From Hypanus sabinus (taxonomy: Eukaryota): a stretch of 64,000 nt of DNA. The notes under the pieces are model-generated. The model saw only the letters and a list, made by a program, of their open reading frames with translations. It made no database searches and was not told the DNA's origin. Shown in pieces: positions 1 through 11,365 of this stretch (the first letter of the stretch is position 1; each line of letters opens with the position of its first letter). The position numbers and the translations under genes were made by a program. The stretch lies in the NCBI RefSeq assembly GCF_030144855.1, contig NC_082731.1, forward strand, positions 26,040,001-26,104,000, in the 5' to 3' direction.

Positions 1-1510
1 CAGTGAGGGTAAACACCAGCCTTGCTTTGGTACATTTGAATTCTTCCGCAAGACTTACAATTGATAATTCCAATTTGCCGTTCCCGTACAGTCCAACAGG
101 ACTTAAGCATCGTGGAAGTCTAAGCCACTGTTTCACATGTGTGCTGATCACTCTTTCGAGCTTTCCCACCTTGTTGATGGGGATTTCATATACTTTTAAA
201 GGCCACATGAGTCTTGGGAGTATGCCGAACTGGAGGCACCGCAGCTTGAGTTTTCCTGGCAGCAGGGTCTTGTTGATGTGAGCTATGTACGTGATGGTAT
301 CCATTTTGAGTTGTTTAAACTGCTCGGTGTCCTTGAGCTTAGCATCATACCATCGACCCAAGCTCTTCACTGGCATTTCTGACACAGTTGGGACAGGCGT
401 TCCATCAATATGAAATCTTTGATCCGTGACTTGACCTTTGACAATGGAGATGTTTCTGTACTTGCTGGGCTTGATCTTCATCCTCGCCCATGTGATGCTT
501 TGATGAAGCTTTTGCAGAAGTCTGTTGGTGCAGGGAACGGTTGTCGTCAGTAATGTTATATCGTCCATATAGGTTCGTATCGGTGGTAACCCTTGACCAA
601 ACTGTAGCCGTTTTCCTCCCGCAACCCTTTTTGAGACTCCGATAATGAGCTCCATTGCCATAGTTAAGGCCAAAGGGGAGATGGTGCATCACGCCATGAT
701 GCCTACTTCCAGTGGTTGCCAAGCTGTGGTGAAGTCTGATTTTATGAGAAAAACTTGCAGATCCTGGAAGCAGAGCTTTACCGGATTTGTTATTGTTGCA
801 GGCACCTGAAAGAGTTCAAAAGCAGTCCACAGCAGGGAATGAGGAATTGATCCATAGGCGTTGCCCAGGTCGAGGAACAAGACATGCAGATCCTTTCCTT
901 CTTTCTCAGCTGTCTGGATTTGATGCAGCGTGATGCTGGTATGTTCAAGGCATTCTGAGAAGCCTGTTATGCCAGTCTTTTGGATTGATGTGTTAATTAA
1001 ACGGTTTTGTTTCTGATATTTTGCAAGTCTTTGCGCCAACACGCTGAAAAAGAACTTACCTTCTATGTTCAGAAGGTTTATTTGGCGAAACTGCTCAATG
1101 GTGGACGAATTATTTTCTTTTGGGATCAGAACTCCCCCCACTCTTCTCCAGGCTTTTGGGGATAACTTGCTTTTTCCACGCAACCCTCATGTTTCTCCAA
1201 AGGAATGTCAGAACATCCGGGGTGTTCATGTAAACACAATACGGAACACCGTTAGGGCCTGGCGTTAATGCCGATCTTGCCTTTTTCACTGCCTTTTTTA
1301 CCTCAATCAGTTTGGGAGGGCTGATATTAAATAGATGTTGTGCGGGTGATATTGGTGGGATGTCTGCTGGGACAAGTATCAGTTCATCTTTTAGCTCATC
1401 AGTGTGGGTGGTTCTGAGATATCTTTCATCCTCCTCTTTTGATGTTTTCAGATATGCAGGCATTTCTGGGTTTTTTTTCAGCCTAAAATTCTTCCACCTG
1501 CTCTTGCTTA
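1..1510 (-). mobile_element. Degenerate, 5'-truncated RLE-type non-LTR retrotransposon (Hero/R4-like) RT region; continues off the window's left edge
   Basis: Minus-strand ORFs 1110-1532 and 689-1183 give ...PGPNGVPY...WRRVGGVLIPKE...FRQINLLNIEGK...LHVLFLDLGNAYGSIPH. Manual translation near 170-290 gives HINKTLLPGKLKLRCLQFGILPRLMWPL. These motifs are typical of Hero-clade RTs. Frameshifts are present. Confidence 0.8.
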
Positions 1511-2310
1511 TAAGGCCATTTAAATGATCCATCTTCCATTGTGATTCTCAGTCGAGCCGGAGAACAAGAAGAAGGCTTAAAATTTTGGCTGTACAACTCC
1601 GCCAGAACGTTTTTTTTTTTAAACTTAACACGTTCTGCCATAGCTTCTGATGAAAAATCTTCAACAATACGAATCTTTTGGTCTTGGTAGTCAATCATTC
1701 CTTTTCTAAAGGCAGCACGAACCAGACGATCCTTTGTTTGAAATTCCAAGTCAATCCGTGGATAGTCGATCTGTGAGCATGATCAATCAAAGGCAGAGAA
1801 TTCATAATATCAGGGAAAAGTTCCTTCAAAAGGTTTGCAAAGAATTCGTTAGGAATATCTCCTTCCGTTTGCTCTTTTAGTCCCAAGATCCGTAAGTTGT
1901 TTCTCCAGCTACTATTTTCAGATCAATAATATTCTATCTCAGTATTTCGTTGAACTTGGATTTTTTTTCATACAACTTTTGCAAATTATCGATTCTATCA
2001 TCTAGTATAATAATAACCTCATCATGTTCCTTTATCTTCTAATCATGATCGGTTATAATTGCTTGAGTATCTTCTAATTTCGTACCTAGTTGTTTAATTT
2101 GAGTGCTAATTTGTTGCGAATCACCCGACGCTTCTTTTCTGTACTGTTGAAACTCCTCAAAAAGCTTTTGAACTGAGCTCGTAATAGCTTCCAAAGCTGC
2201 TTTGGTAGATATAGTAATATAATAACCCGACTAGCAGTAACATTTCAAAAGGTTGGAGACAAAAGTAAGTAAGTTGGAAGCACCGGCAGAGAGCTGTTAC
2301 TCCATCATCG
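1510..2310 (-). mobile_element. L1/Tx1-type ORF1 fragment (degenerate)
   Basis: ORFs 1695-1886 and 1483-1749: LRILGLKEQTEGD..FFANLLKELFP..IDHAHRS and IRIVEDFSSE...ARLRIT, typical of fish L1 ORF1p. Confidence 0.75.
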
Positions 2311-2559
2311 GTCACCGGGTAAAAGGGTGGGAAAAAATCAGTGTTTTATAGCACAGGAACGGGATCTTTCGGCCGCCCGGGATGTCTACATACAAACATT
2401 TAATTTGAAGGTATTTCACGTTATCACTATTTTGCTTTTGCTACTCACTCACCTTCACAATTTTCTTTAAAACGACGTATTGTATCACCTGCACCACCAA
2501 ATCCAGAAAGTCTTTCGAAGTAACCATAGCCCCGGGGGTGGGTAATAACGCTCAGATAA

Positions 2560-3000
2560 ACTTGTACGGTTATGATAAACTCTCACCATAAACTTGTGCC
2601 CTCTGGTTCTAAACTCGTGTGCCCTGGGAAACGGACTCTGGCTACATCTGTACTGTTCACAATTTTATAAACTTCTCCAAAGCCATCCAGAGAAAATACA
2701 TCCAGCTTATTGAACCTTTCCATGTAGTTAAAGCCCTCCATCTCAGGCAACAAGTGAAATCTATTCTCCATTCCTGGAAAATGCTGAACCACTCAACGAT
2801 GCAGTTAATATTTTGGCTTCACTTATGACTACAGACTCATGGTCGATAACCCATATTCTGACTTCTAAATGACCCTCCGTGAACATGAACACATTCAAAT
2901 ATTAGCTGTCGGTGTCATCCTTTACTGACCCACCGCCTTCTGGTCAACATTGGTCCGAATATGACGACAACTGGAATATCTCATATACACCATGATCTTT
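2560..3000 (-). mobile_element. Ancient CR1 LINE 3' remnant; part of the duplicated unit, with homologous copies near 18500-18900, 26450-26780, 32200-32600, 41500-41860 and 54000-54350
   Basis: ORF 2583-2792 (LPEMEGFNYMERFNKLDVFSL..GEVYKIVNSTD) resembles the CR1 ORF2 C-terminus. Matching sequence recurs upstream of the V genes. Confidence 0.6.
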
Positions 3001-3639
3001 TGCAATTTAGACTAGTCTGACCACAAGACCATAACCTTTGATACTTGACCTGTCGTATCCCTAGCTTGACTTTGCTGCGCTATTGAACATATTGTTCGCA
3101 GACTATAAAGAAAGGAATATAATCTATCTTGGACAAGCCTGTTTTCTTATTAGACATATAATTTTCCTTATGCGTCGAGTATTGGTTGCATGTTAGGAAA
3201 AGTGGTAACTGACGAAGTGCAACAAGAGAAAACCTTCGATGCCTGGGGAAATATAAATCACCATGTTCTGCGAACTCACTCCTTTTTCCACAAAGTCCCT
3301 GAAAATTATCATAAATTCTAACACCCACATTGGTAATTTACAGTGATTAATTAAAGGCCTAGTATGAAAAAAGAAGTTTGGCATATTGGTGGGAAACGGA
3401 TCAAACGGCGGAACCCAAGAGGGTTCAAGGTGAACTGAAAAATGGCCACATATTCTGTACCCGAGGTCTTGAACGAAAACTGGTTGTTGGAGCTCTAAGA
3501 TAAAAATATCACGAACGCGAACGTTGATAGCACTGATCAAAGCAAGTTGGTTCCACTAGTGTTTGCTGGCATTATATAAGAATGATACAGCTTAGCACAC
3601 TAAATGATGTTGTCAGTAAGATTGTGCCCTATTAAGTTT

Positions 3640-5230
3640 GGTCAGAAATGTTTTATACAAGGAGGGCCATGTCTTAGAAAAGAAAATGCGATTTTGAAGT
3701 GTGACGAAGATGTGTGGTGTGGGTGGAGTAGTGGATACTGTCTACATGTACATTAATAAAACCGACAAGATCCCTGGTGGTAAACTGACCCAGAAGATTA
3801 AGGCACATGAGATCTACAGAGACTTTATAGATTTGATGTAAAATTGCCTTGGCTCTGCAAGGCAGAATGTAGTGACATAGAAGAAGTACGGCTGATTTGC
3901 CAGGAACGTCGCTGGGATCTCAACAGTTTCTGCTATGGATTAATCTTTAGAGAAAAATGTAAAGTGCCTGCTTAGGTTTGCCGACAACGGCCATGTTATG
4001 TATCTGTGAATAGGGCAGACGTCTGTCAAATTAACACAGCAGAACATCGATCATTTCGGCCGAGAAATTGGAGATTAGATTTTAATCCATCCAAGCGTGA
4101 GGCATTGCCCTTCTGCCGAAAAATGCAAAAGGGAATTCGATTGTGTCCCAGGTCTGGGTCAGACTTCTTATTTCGGCTGCTACGGAACCTCATAGGTGGA
4201 ATGATGGCAGCTCAGTTAGATATAGTTCGTACATTCCGAAAACCAAGTTTGGCCTTGATCATGTTCATGGTTTACTTGAACGTGACTGTACCTTGCTCTC
4301 AGATTTCGCACTTCACAGTTATGCAGTTCCTGTCTGGATAATCAGGAATACCGTCTCACACAGATATTGACTTCTTATTCTTACTTCATAAAAATTTTTG
4401 AACATTCGGGATTCGTAACCCTGTGCAGTCCACTAGATCCTTGAGGATCAGACGGCTCTAACCTTTGAGCACTTTGTCATGCCCTACAAAAAGCAAAGCA
4501 CAATGTTCCGAAACCAGCCAACATAGAACGTCAAGTCACCGAAGCGGGCAAGACTCCAACCCCAACGACAGGATGGTTGTATTTCTGGAGGAAAAAATAA
4601 CGTTCACCATTCTTATTACTGCCATGATGGGGATGTTGTGTCAGGTGGACCTAAAACGTTTGGATCCTTCTGCACTGTCTGTCCCAACATTGATCTTCAA
4701 CCAGCATCACAGAATTCGTAACCTCTTTATGCGCAACAGATTTGGCCAGAGAAGTTGCTATATGTAATTTGGGACCAGCATTCCTTCAGTGACAACAAAA
4801 AGTACTTCATTGACGGCAGAAACTGCTGTGATTTGTCCAGAAGCCATGAAGCCTGCCGAGTGACTGAAAAAGCCTGGGGAAGAGTGAGCTTTGGTTTGAT
4901 TAATAATTCTATCTGCGCAGTTTATATTTGAGTGAGGTTTCAAGATACTGCCATCACAAGAGAGGGTAAATAAAATAACCCACTCTGATGATATGCACCT
5001 TGGATGTCCTCCCCCATGAGTTTCCTTTCAAAATCGACCGATTCAGCAGCACTTGCCTGCTAACCTCCCAGGGCGTGTACTGTTCCCAGCAACAATTACT
5101 TCCCCTGCTATTTGGTTTCATCACCTGAGCTCCCTGCATCAATAGTTGATAGACGCTCACCGGCTGAAGCAGGTCAAAAAGTTTTCTAACACTGGTGAGG
5201 GGAAACATGCCAAGTAATTGACACTGAAAA
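3640..5230. repeat. Conserved ~1.6-kb block X of the tandem unit, copy 1. Other copies at ~20053-21800, ~33757-35480, ~46950-48600 and ~62945-64000 (truncated by the window end).
   Basis: Near-identical runs (e.g. gtaaagtcgctgattaggtttgccgaca, attcttatttcaaaaaataaaaattttgaacag) recur upstream of every ORF-intact V. Confidence 0.85.
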
Positions 5231-5730
5231 TCATGTTGTCAGGTCACTGATAAAAATAATTTCTTGTCAGAAAATATTACCTCCATTTTCTCACATAGTT
5301 CCGTGTTTCGTATTGACTTTCGTGATAAGGGTGCAGATAGAAAATTGTATAGGAACTCTTTTTTTATTGCTTATAACATTTCCCTGCACAGTCCGGTGTC
5401 TCTCAAACCGTGTCTGTAAGGAGGACTTCTGCCCATTGACCAGTGTACTCAGTCCCTGTCACTCAAAGCGATATCTGTCAATTAACTGATCAGTCCCTGA
5501 CAGTCGGGGGATAACTGTCCACTGACGAGTTTGTCGGTCGTTGTATCTAGGGGGCAACGATCTGCTGACTAGAATCTTAGTTCCTGCAGCACAAGGAAAT
5601 CTCTGTCCACTAACTGGTGTCTCACACGTCCTGTCTCACAGGGTGATGTTTCTGAACTCCTGTATTTCAGGGGTAAACCTGTCCACTGACTGATTTCTCA
5701 CATTCGCTCTAGCCGGGGTTCTCTGCCTTT

Positions 5731-5995
5731 CATGGAAACATAGAAACATAGAAAACCTGCAGCATAATACAGGCCCTTCGGCCCAGAAAGCTCTGCTGAA
5801 CATGTCCTTACCCAAAAACCTACCTATAGCCCTCTATTTTTCTAAGCTCCATGTAACTAAACAGGACTCTATTAAAAGACCCTATTGTTTTCAGCCTGCA
5901 CCGCCGCTGCCGGCAGCCCAATCCACACACTCACCACTCTGGGCGTAAAAAACCTACCCCTGACATGTTTTCTGTACCTACTTTCAAGTTAACCT
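5731..5995 (-). mobile_element. CR1-family 3' tail fragment inserted ~280 bp upstream of the V1 ATG
   Basis: (aaacatag)n tail plus caggcccttcggccc motif; absent from the equivalent position before V2, V3 and V5. Confidence 0.7.
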
Positions 5996-6128
5996 ACTTT
6001 CAGTTTAAACAAACTGTTTATCTCCTAAAATGATGAGTGCAACAGATCTTCAATCCCGAACTGCTCACTGCCGCTAACCTGTCCCCTCTGCAGAGACGAA
6101 CATCTTTCGGAAAATTGAAACCTCTGTT

Positions 6129-6240
6129 GGGGGCGGGGACAGGAAACTGCGCCTCTGATTTTCGAAGGTCGGAGCCTGTTCAAGCCGCGGCTCCTTCTCT
6201 CACTCGCAAACAGCGCACTCAGCGGCTTGCGATAATTCCG
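6129..6240 (+). promoter_or_regulatory. Putative V promoter: GC box (gggggcgggg 6129-6138), adjacent ETS-like caggaaa, and a weak TATA-like element. Equivalents at 22411-22536, 36090-36215 and 49216-49340 (GC box mutated).
   Basis: The motif block is conserved ~140-160 bp upstream of each V ATG; no octamer ATGCAAAT seen nearby. Confidence 0.5.
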
Positions 6241-6268
6241 GTCTCAGCTGCTGTCGCCGATCTTAAAA

Positions 6269-6755
6269 ATGTCCAAGTCTGATTCACTGTTCAGCATGAT
6301 AGGGGACATTCCTTATCCCTGTCTCCTCCTGCTTTGCTTAGCAGGTGTCTGTACTGTAATTTATCATCTACCCATAGTCGGGTGGTTCTCCAAGGCTTTG
6401 TGATTCTATGCTCGTAGTTCGTTTTATCAATTTATCTTCTTTTTTTTTTATTGACAGGCGTGCAAGCCGATGTCCTGATGACACAGCCCGTGTCAGCGGT
6501 GGCAAAGCCAAGACAGTCTCACACACTGACCTGTGCAGTCAGTGGTTTCAGCCTCAGCAGTGCCTACATGCAGTGGGTGAAACAGGTTCCCGGGAAAGGG
6601 CTGGAGTGGCTGTTGTGGTATCATAGTGAAAGTAACAAGTATTACGCGCCTGGAGTCCAGAGCCGGTTCACCGCTTCCAAGGGCAGCAGCAACTTTTATC
6701 TGCAAATGAACAACCTGAGACTTGACGACACGGCCACCTATTACTGTGCGATAGA
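6269..6755 (+). CDS. IGHV: Ig heavy-chain V gene V1 (IgW-like), germline and ORF-intact: leader exon 6269-6344, intron 6345-6457 (GT..AG), V exon 6458-6755
   Basis: Leader MSKSDSLFSMIGDIPYPCLLLLCLA|G; V = [98 protein letters not shown], with the canonical C, W and YYC. Isotype assignment is from remembered IgW leader and FR3 style, not a search. Confidence 0.95.
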
Positions 6756-6794
6756 CACAGTGAAAGACACCGAGACTGGACCGGGACAAAAACC
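6756..6794 (+). other. 23-bp-spacer recombination signal sequence of V1
   Basis: CACAGTG (6756-6762), 23 nt, ACAAAAACC (6786-6794): perfect consensus. Confidence 0.97.
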
Positions 6795-7199
6795 CTGCGA
6801 GAGCCCCTGCCCTGACGAGAGGGCAGCAGTGATCGCCACAGCTGTATCCCGGTCGTTCGGGGCCAAATCCGCTCGTCCACGAAACGGAAGGTGGGTTGTC
6901 AGAGGGGATTCCCGAGAAGAGATGCTGGATGGATGGGCCGAGGTGCTCGGCGGATCACTTCGGAGGGCAGCTCGGAGCCAAGCGCCGTGAGTGGGAATGG
7001 GGTCACCGATCGACCTGGTCACGTGCCGGTCCTTCGTCTACACGTGACAGTAAATGGTCGGGCCATGAGGAACATTAATGATCAGAGACACTTTGGTGTT
7101 CTAGTGTGTTTTGACTGAGGAGTGACTGTGCTGGGAGACAGTTAAATGGGCGGAGGTTATTTCAGGTCGGTGTAACACATGGGCTATATCCTCGTGTGT

Positions 7200-7244
7200 C
7201 AATGTGATACGTGGAAGTCCTCCATATCTATTGCAACAAAACAC
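7200..7244 (+). pseudogene. Degenerate D1-like remnant of cluster 1 (3' RSS-like GTG, 22 nt, ACAAAACAC). Equivalents at ~23467-23513 and 37146-37192.
   Basis: Located ~380-410 bp after the V RSS, where elasmobranch D1 is expected. Nonamer-like acaaaacac is conserved in 3 clusters. Heptamers are decayed (caatgtg/atacgtg; cactgtg/agaaatg). Confidence 0.4.
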
Positions 7245-7342
7245 ATTTAATTACGCTCTTTGTTTGCTTCTGCCGGCCTTTACTCTGGAATCCACGGATA
7301 TAAATCAGATAACGAATGCATAATCTGGGAATGGGTACAAGT

Positions 7343-9203
7343 AAAGTCAAGTCAGGTCAAGTCAAGTCAATTTTTCTTGTCATTTCGACCATAACTGCCG
7401 GTACAGTACATAAAAATGAGACAACGTTTTTTCAGGACCATGGTGTTACATGACACAGTACAAAAACTGGAAAGCTACACTAAACTACGGACATACACAG
7501 GACTGCATAAAGTGCACAAAAACAGTGCAGGTATTACAATAAATAATAAACAGGACAATAGGGCAAGGTGTCAGTCCAGGCCTCGGGTATTGAGGAGTCT
7601 GATAGCTTGGGGGAAGAAACTGTTACATAGCCTGGTCGTAAAAGCCCGAATGCTTCGGAGCCTTTTCCCAGACGGCAGGAGGGAGAAGAGTTTGCATGAG
7701 GTGTGCATGGGGTCCTTCATAATGCTGTTTTCTTTGCGGATGCAGCGTGCAGTGTAAGTGTCCGTGATGGCGGGAAGAGAAACCCCGATGATCTTCTCAG
7801 CTGATCTCCCTATCCGCTGCAGCGTCTTGTAATCCGATATGGTGCAATTTCCGTACCAGTCAGTGATGCAGCTGCTCAGGATGCTATCAATGCCACCCCT
7901 GTAGAATGTGATGAGGATGGGGGTGGGAGATGGACTTTCCTCAGTCTTCACAGAAAGCAGAGAAGCTGCTGGGCGTTCTTTGCTGTGGAGCTGGTGTTGA
8001 GGGACCAGGTGAGATTCTCTGTCAGGTGACACCAAGAAATTTTACAATGCTCTTTACGATCACTACCGAGGAGCCGTCGATGTTCAGCAGGCAGTGGTCG
8101 CTCCGTGCCCTCCTGAGGTCAACCACCATCTATTTTGTTTTGGTCACATCAAGAGACAGGTTGTTGGCTCTGCACCAGTCCGTTAGCCGCTGTACCTCCT
8201 CTCTGTAAGCTGACTCATCGTTCTTGCTGATGAGACCCACCACGGTCGTTTCATCGGCGAACTTGATGATATGGTTCGAGCTGTGTGTTGCAGCACAGTC
8301 GTGGGTCAGCAGAGTGAACAGCAGTGGGCTGAGCAGACAACCCTGGGGAGCCCCCGTGCTCAGTTCGATGGTGTTGGAGATGCTGCTCCCGATCCGGACT
8401 GACTGAGGTCTCCCAGTCAGGAAGTCTAGGATCCAGTTGCAAAGGGAGGTGTTGAGGCCCAGTCGGCTTAGCTTTCCAATCAGTTTCTGAGGGATAATTG
8501 TGTTGAATGTTTAACTGAAGTCTATGAACAGCATCCGAACGTATATGTATTTTTTTGTCCAGGTGGGTTAGGTCCAGGTGGAGGGTGGTGGCAATGGCGT
8601 TATCTGTTGAGCTCTTGGTACTGTACGGAAACTGCAGGGGGTCCAGTAAGATTGGCAGCAGGGTCTTGCTATGCCTCATGACGAGCCTCTCGAAACACTT
8701 CATGATGATGGATGTAATTGCAACGGGACGGTGGTTATTTAGGCAGGACACTGAAGACTTCTTCGGCACGGGGACGATGGTGGCGGCCTTGAAGCACGTT
8801 GGAACGGTGGCGCTGCTCAGGGAGATGTTGAAGATGTCAGTGAGAACATCTGCTAGCTGGGCTCCACATCCTCTGAGCACTCTACCATGGATGGTGTCCG
8901 GTCCAACAGCCTTCCGTGGGTTGACCCTGAATAGGGTTCGTCTCACGTCGGACACGGTGAGACACAGCATCTGGTCATTCATCGGAAGGGTGGACATCCT
9001 CGTCGCCACGTCATTTCCGCCTCAAACCGGGCGGAGATGTTATTCAGCACATCTGGGAGGTAGGCATCATCTGCACATTCAGCTAATGTTGTCCTGTAAT
9101 TGGTGATGGCCCGGATGCCCTTCCACATGCGCCGCGTGTCGCCGATGTCCTGGAAGTGGCTGTGGATTAGCTCGGCCTGTGCACGCTTTGCCCCTCTGAT
9201 CGC
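7343..9203 (-). mobile_element. Rex1/Babar LINE (5'-truncated, frameshifted) inserted between D1 and D2 of cluster 1
   Basis: ORFs 8251-9009 ([40 protein letters not shown]) and 7571-8035 (FYRG..SILSSCIT.WYGNC..RLCNSFFPQAIRLLN); (aagtc)n tail at 7343-7368. The flanks rejoin as gggtacaagt|tccac, as in uninterrupted copies (e.g. 43331-43345). Confidence 0.92.
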
Positions 9204-9444
9204 TCCACGGGAAATGAGTCTCAATGCGAATGGAACTACGAGGAGCAGCTGTGAGTTGAAGCCCAGAAAAAGGTCCCGATTGGTTATATTATCTCCACCT
9301 CAGGACTGGGATGACTGAGGGTTGACACCTGCTATGTGGGACGCCCAGACCCTAAGGGTGGATTTATTAATTTCTCTGCGAGGCTCGGCGATCCTCTACA
9401 TTTCGTACTGGATAAGATGAAGTCGGGTTATGACGTGCATTCAC

Positions 9445-9472
9445 CAGGGTGATTAGAAGCTGGACAGAAACT
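9445..9472 (+). pseudogene. D2 remnant of cluster 1: 3' 12-RSS only, 5' heptamer deleted
   Basis: cagggtg (9445-9451), 12 nt, acagaaact (9464-9472); homologous to the intact D at 43574-43637. Confidence 0.65.
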
Positions 9473-9614
9473 GGTCCCGACAAATAGGAGTTTTCACAAA
9501 CTCCGCATTGTTGCCTCCCAGATTCAAATCCCTGAGGGCTGACTCAGACTGCTATGGCAAATGTTCAGTATGGGGCAAAGTAAAGCCCAAATGGCTTCAA
9601 CTCTAATTCAGTGG

Positions 9615-11139
9615 AATGGAGGGAACTGAAATTGCGGATGCATTGGTAATCATTTTCCAATGTTCCTTAGATTCAGGATCAGTTCCTGAGGATTGGAGAA
9701 TGGCTAATGATATCCCACTTTTTAAGAGGGAGGGAGAAAACAGAGAACTATGGTCCTGTCAGTCCAACATCAGTGCTGGGGAAGATACCAGAGTCCATTA
9801 TTAAAGATGAAATAGTGGCATATCTAGTTAGCAGTGATAGGATTGGTCCGAGCCAGCATGGATTTACCAAAGGCAAATCATGCTTGACTAATCTATTCGA
9901 GTTTTTCGAGGATGTAACCAGGAAGTTGGACAAGGGAGATCCAGTGGATCTAGTGTACCTCTATTTTCAGAAGTTATTTGATAAGGTCCCACATAGGAGA
10001 TTTGTGGGTAAAATCAGAGCTCATGGCATTGGGGGGAAGATATTGACATGGATAGAAAGCTGGTTGGCAAATAAAAAGCACAGGGTAACAGTGAATGAGT
10101 GTTTCTCGGAATGGCAGGTGGTGACTAGTGGGGTGTCACAGGGCTCAGTATTGGGACCGCAGCTGTTTACAATTTACATCAACGATTTAGATGAAGGCAT
10201 TGACATTAACATGAGCAATGATATTCACCAGGGTGGCAGTGAGACATGTGATGAGGATGTTAGGAGAATTCAAGATGAATTGGATAGGTTGAGTGAGTGG
10301 GCAGATACTTGGCAGATGACGTTTAGTGTGAATAAGTGTGAGGTTATCCACTTTGGGAGTAAGAACAGGAAGGCAGATTATTACCTGAACAGTATAGAGT
10401 TAGGTAAGGGAGAAATACAAAGAGATTTAGGAGTCCTTGTTCATCAGTCACTGAAGGTGAATGTTCAAGTGCAGCAGACAGTGAAGAAGGCTAATAGAAT
10501 GTTGGCCTTTATTACAAAGGGAATTGAGTACAAGAACAAGGAAATCCTTCTGCATTTGTACTGGGCCCTGGTGAGACCACACCTGGAGTATTGAGTACAG
10601 TTTTGATGTCCAGGTTTAAGGAAGGACATCCTGGCTGTAGAGAAAGTGCAGCGTAGATTCACCAGGTTAATTCCTGGGATGTCCGGACGGTCTTACGCAG
10701 AGAGGTTAGAGAGACTGGGCTTGTACACGCTGGAATTAAGGAGATTGAGAGGGGATCTGATTGTAACATATAAGATTATTCAGGGATTGGGCGAGATAGA
10801 GGCAGGAAATATGTTCCAGATGCTGGGAGAGTCCAGTACCAGAGGGCATGGTTTGAGAACAAGGGGTAGGTAATTTAGGACAGAGTTAAGGAAAAACTTC
10901 TTCTCCCAGAGATTTGTGCGGGTCTGGAATGCACTGTCTCGGAAGGCAGTGGAGTCCAATTCTCTGGATGCTTTCAAGAAGGAGCTACATAGGTATCTTA
11001 TGGACAGGGGAATCAAGTGATATGGAGACAAGGCAGGAACCGTGTATTGATAGCAGATGATCAGCCGTGATCTCAGAATGGAGGAGCAGGCTCGAAGAGT
11101 CGAATGGTCTACTTCTGCACCTATTGTCTATAGTCTATT
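9615..11139 (+). mobile_element. CR1 LINE, 5'-truncated, inserted between D2 and J of cluster 1
   Basis: ORF 9707-10594 (QHGFTKGKSCLTNLFEFFE..DLVYLYFQKLFDKVPH..SGVSQGSVLGPQLFTIYINDLD..LVRPHLEY); (ctattgt)n tail near 11120-11139. Confidence 0.93.
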
Positions 11140-11284
11140 GAAAACTGTTAAAATGCCTATTTTATTCACAGGCCAGAAAAAAAAACATGCCCGGAATTTC
11201 AGATAGAAATCCAGGAAGTCGCTGCTTCCGGTTTCAGATCATGCTGACTCCTTTCTGAGATTAGTAGATTTGACGGACCAGCGA

Positions 11285-11365
11285 AGTTACTGCAATGGGT
11301 GAACGGGGAGACGGAGTACTGTAAATATTTTGCTTACTAGGAAGGACCACACTGACAGTATCCTG
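11285..11365 (+). pseudogene. IGHJ: JH pseudogene of cluster 1 with 23-RSS
   Basis: agttactgc (11285-11293), 23 nt, tactgta (11317-11323), then TAT TTT GCT TAC TAG G--AA GG ACC ACA CTG ACA GTA TCC = YFAY*(GQ)GTTLTVS. Trp->stop, 4-nt deletion, no GT donor. Confidence 0.8.

Noticed and set aside
6742-6748. Cryptic heptamer TACTGTG at the V 3' end (also in V3 and V5)
   Set aside because: An inherent consequence of the YYCA codons in most VH genes; not informative here
6493-7118. Antisense and overlapping ORFs around V genes (e.g. 6493-6789, 22823-23179, 42919-43176, 56261-56614)
   Set aside because: By-products of GC-rich V exons and downstream spacers; no independent coding signal
7106-7143. 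gtgttttga..gactgtg ctggga gacagtt as a D segment
   Set aside because: The 5' spacer would be 9 nt, there is no 3' nonamer at 12 or 22/23 nt, and the heptamers are not conserved in other clusters
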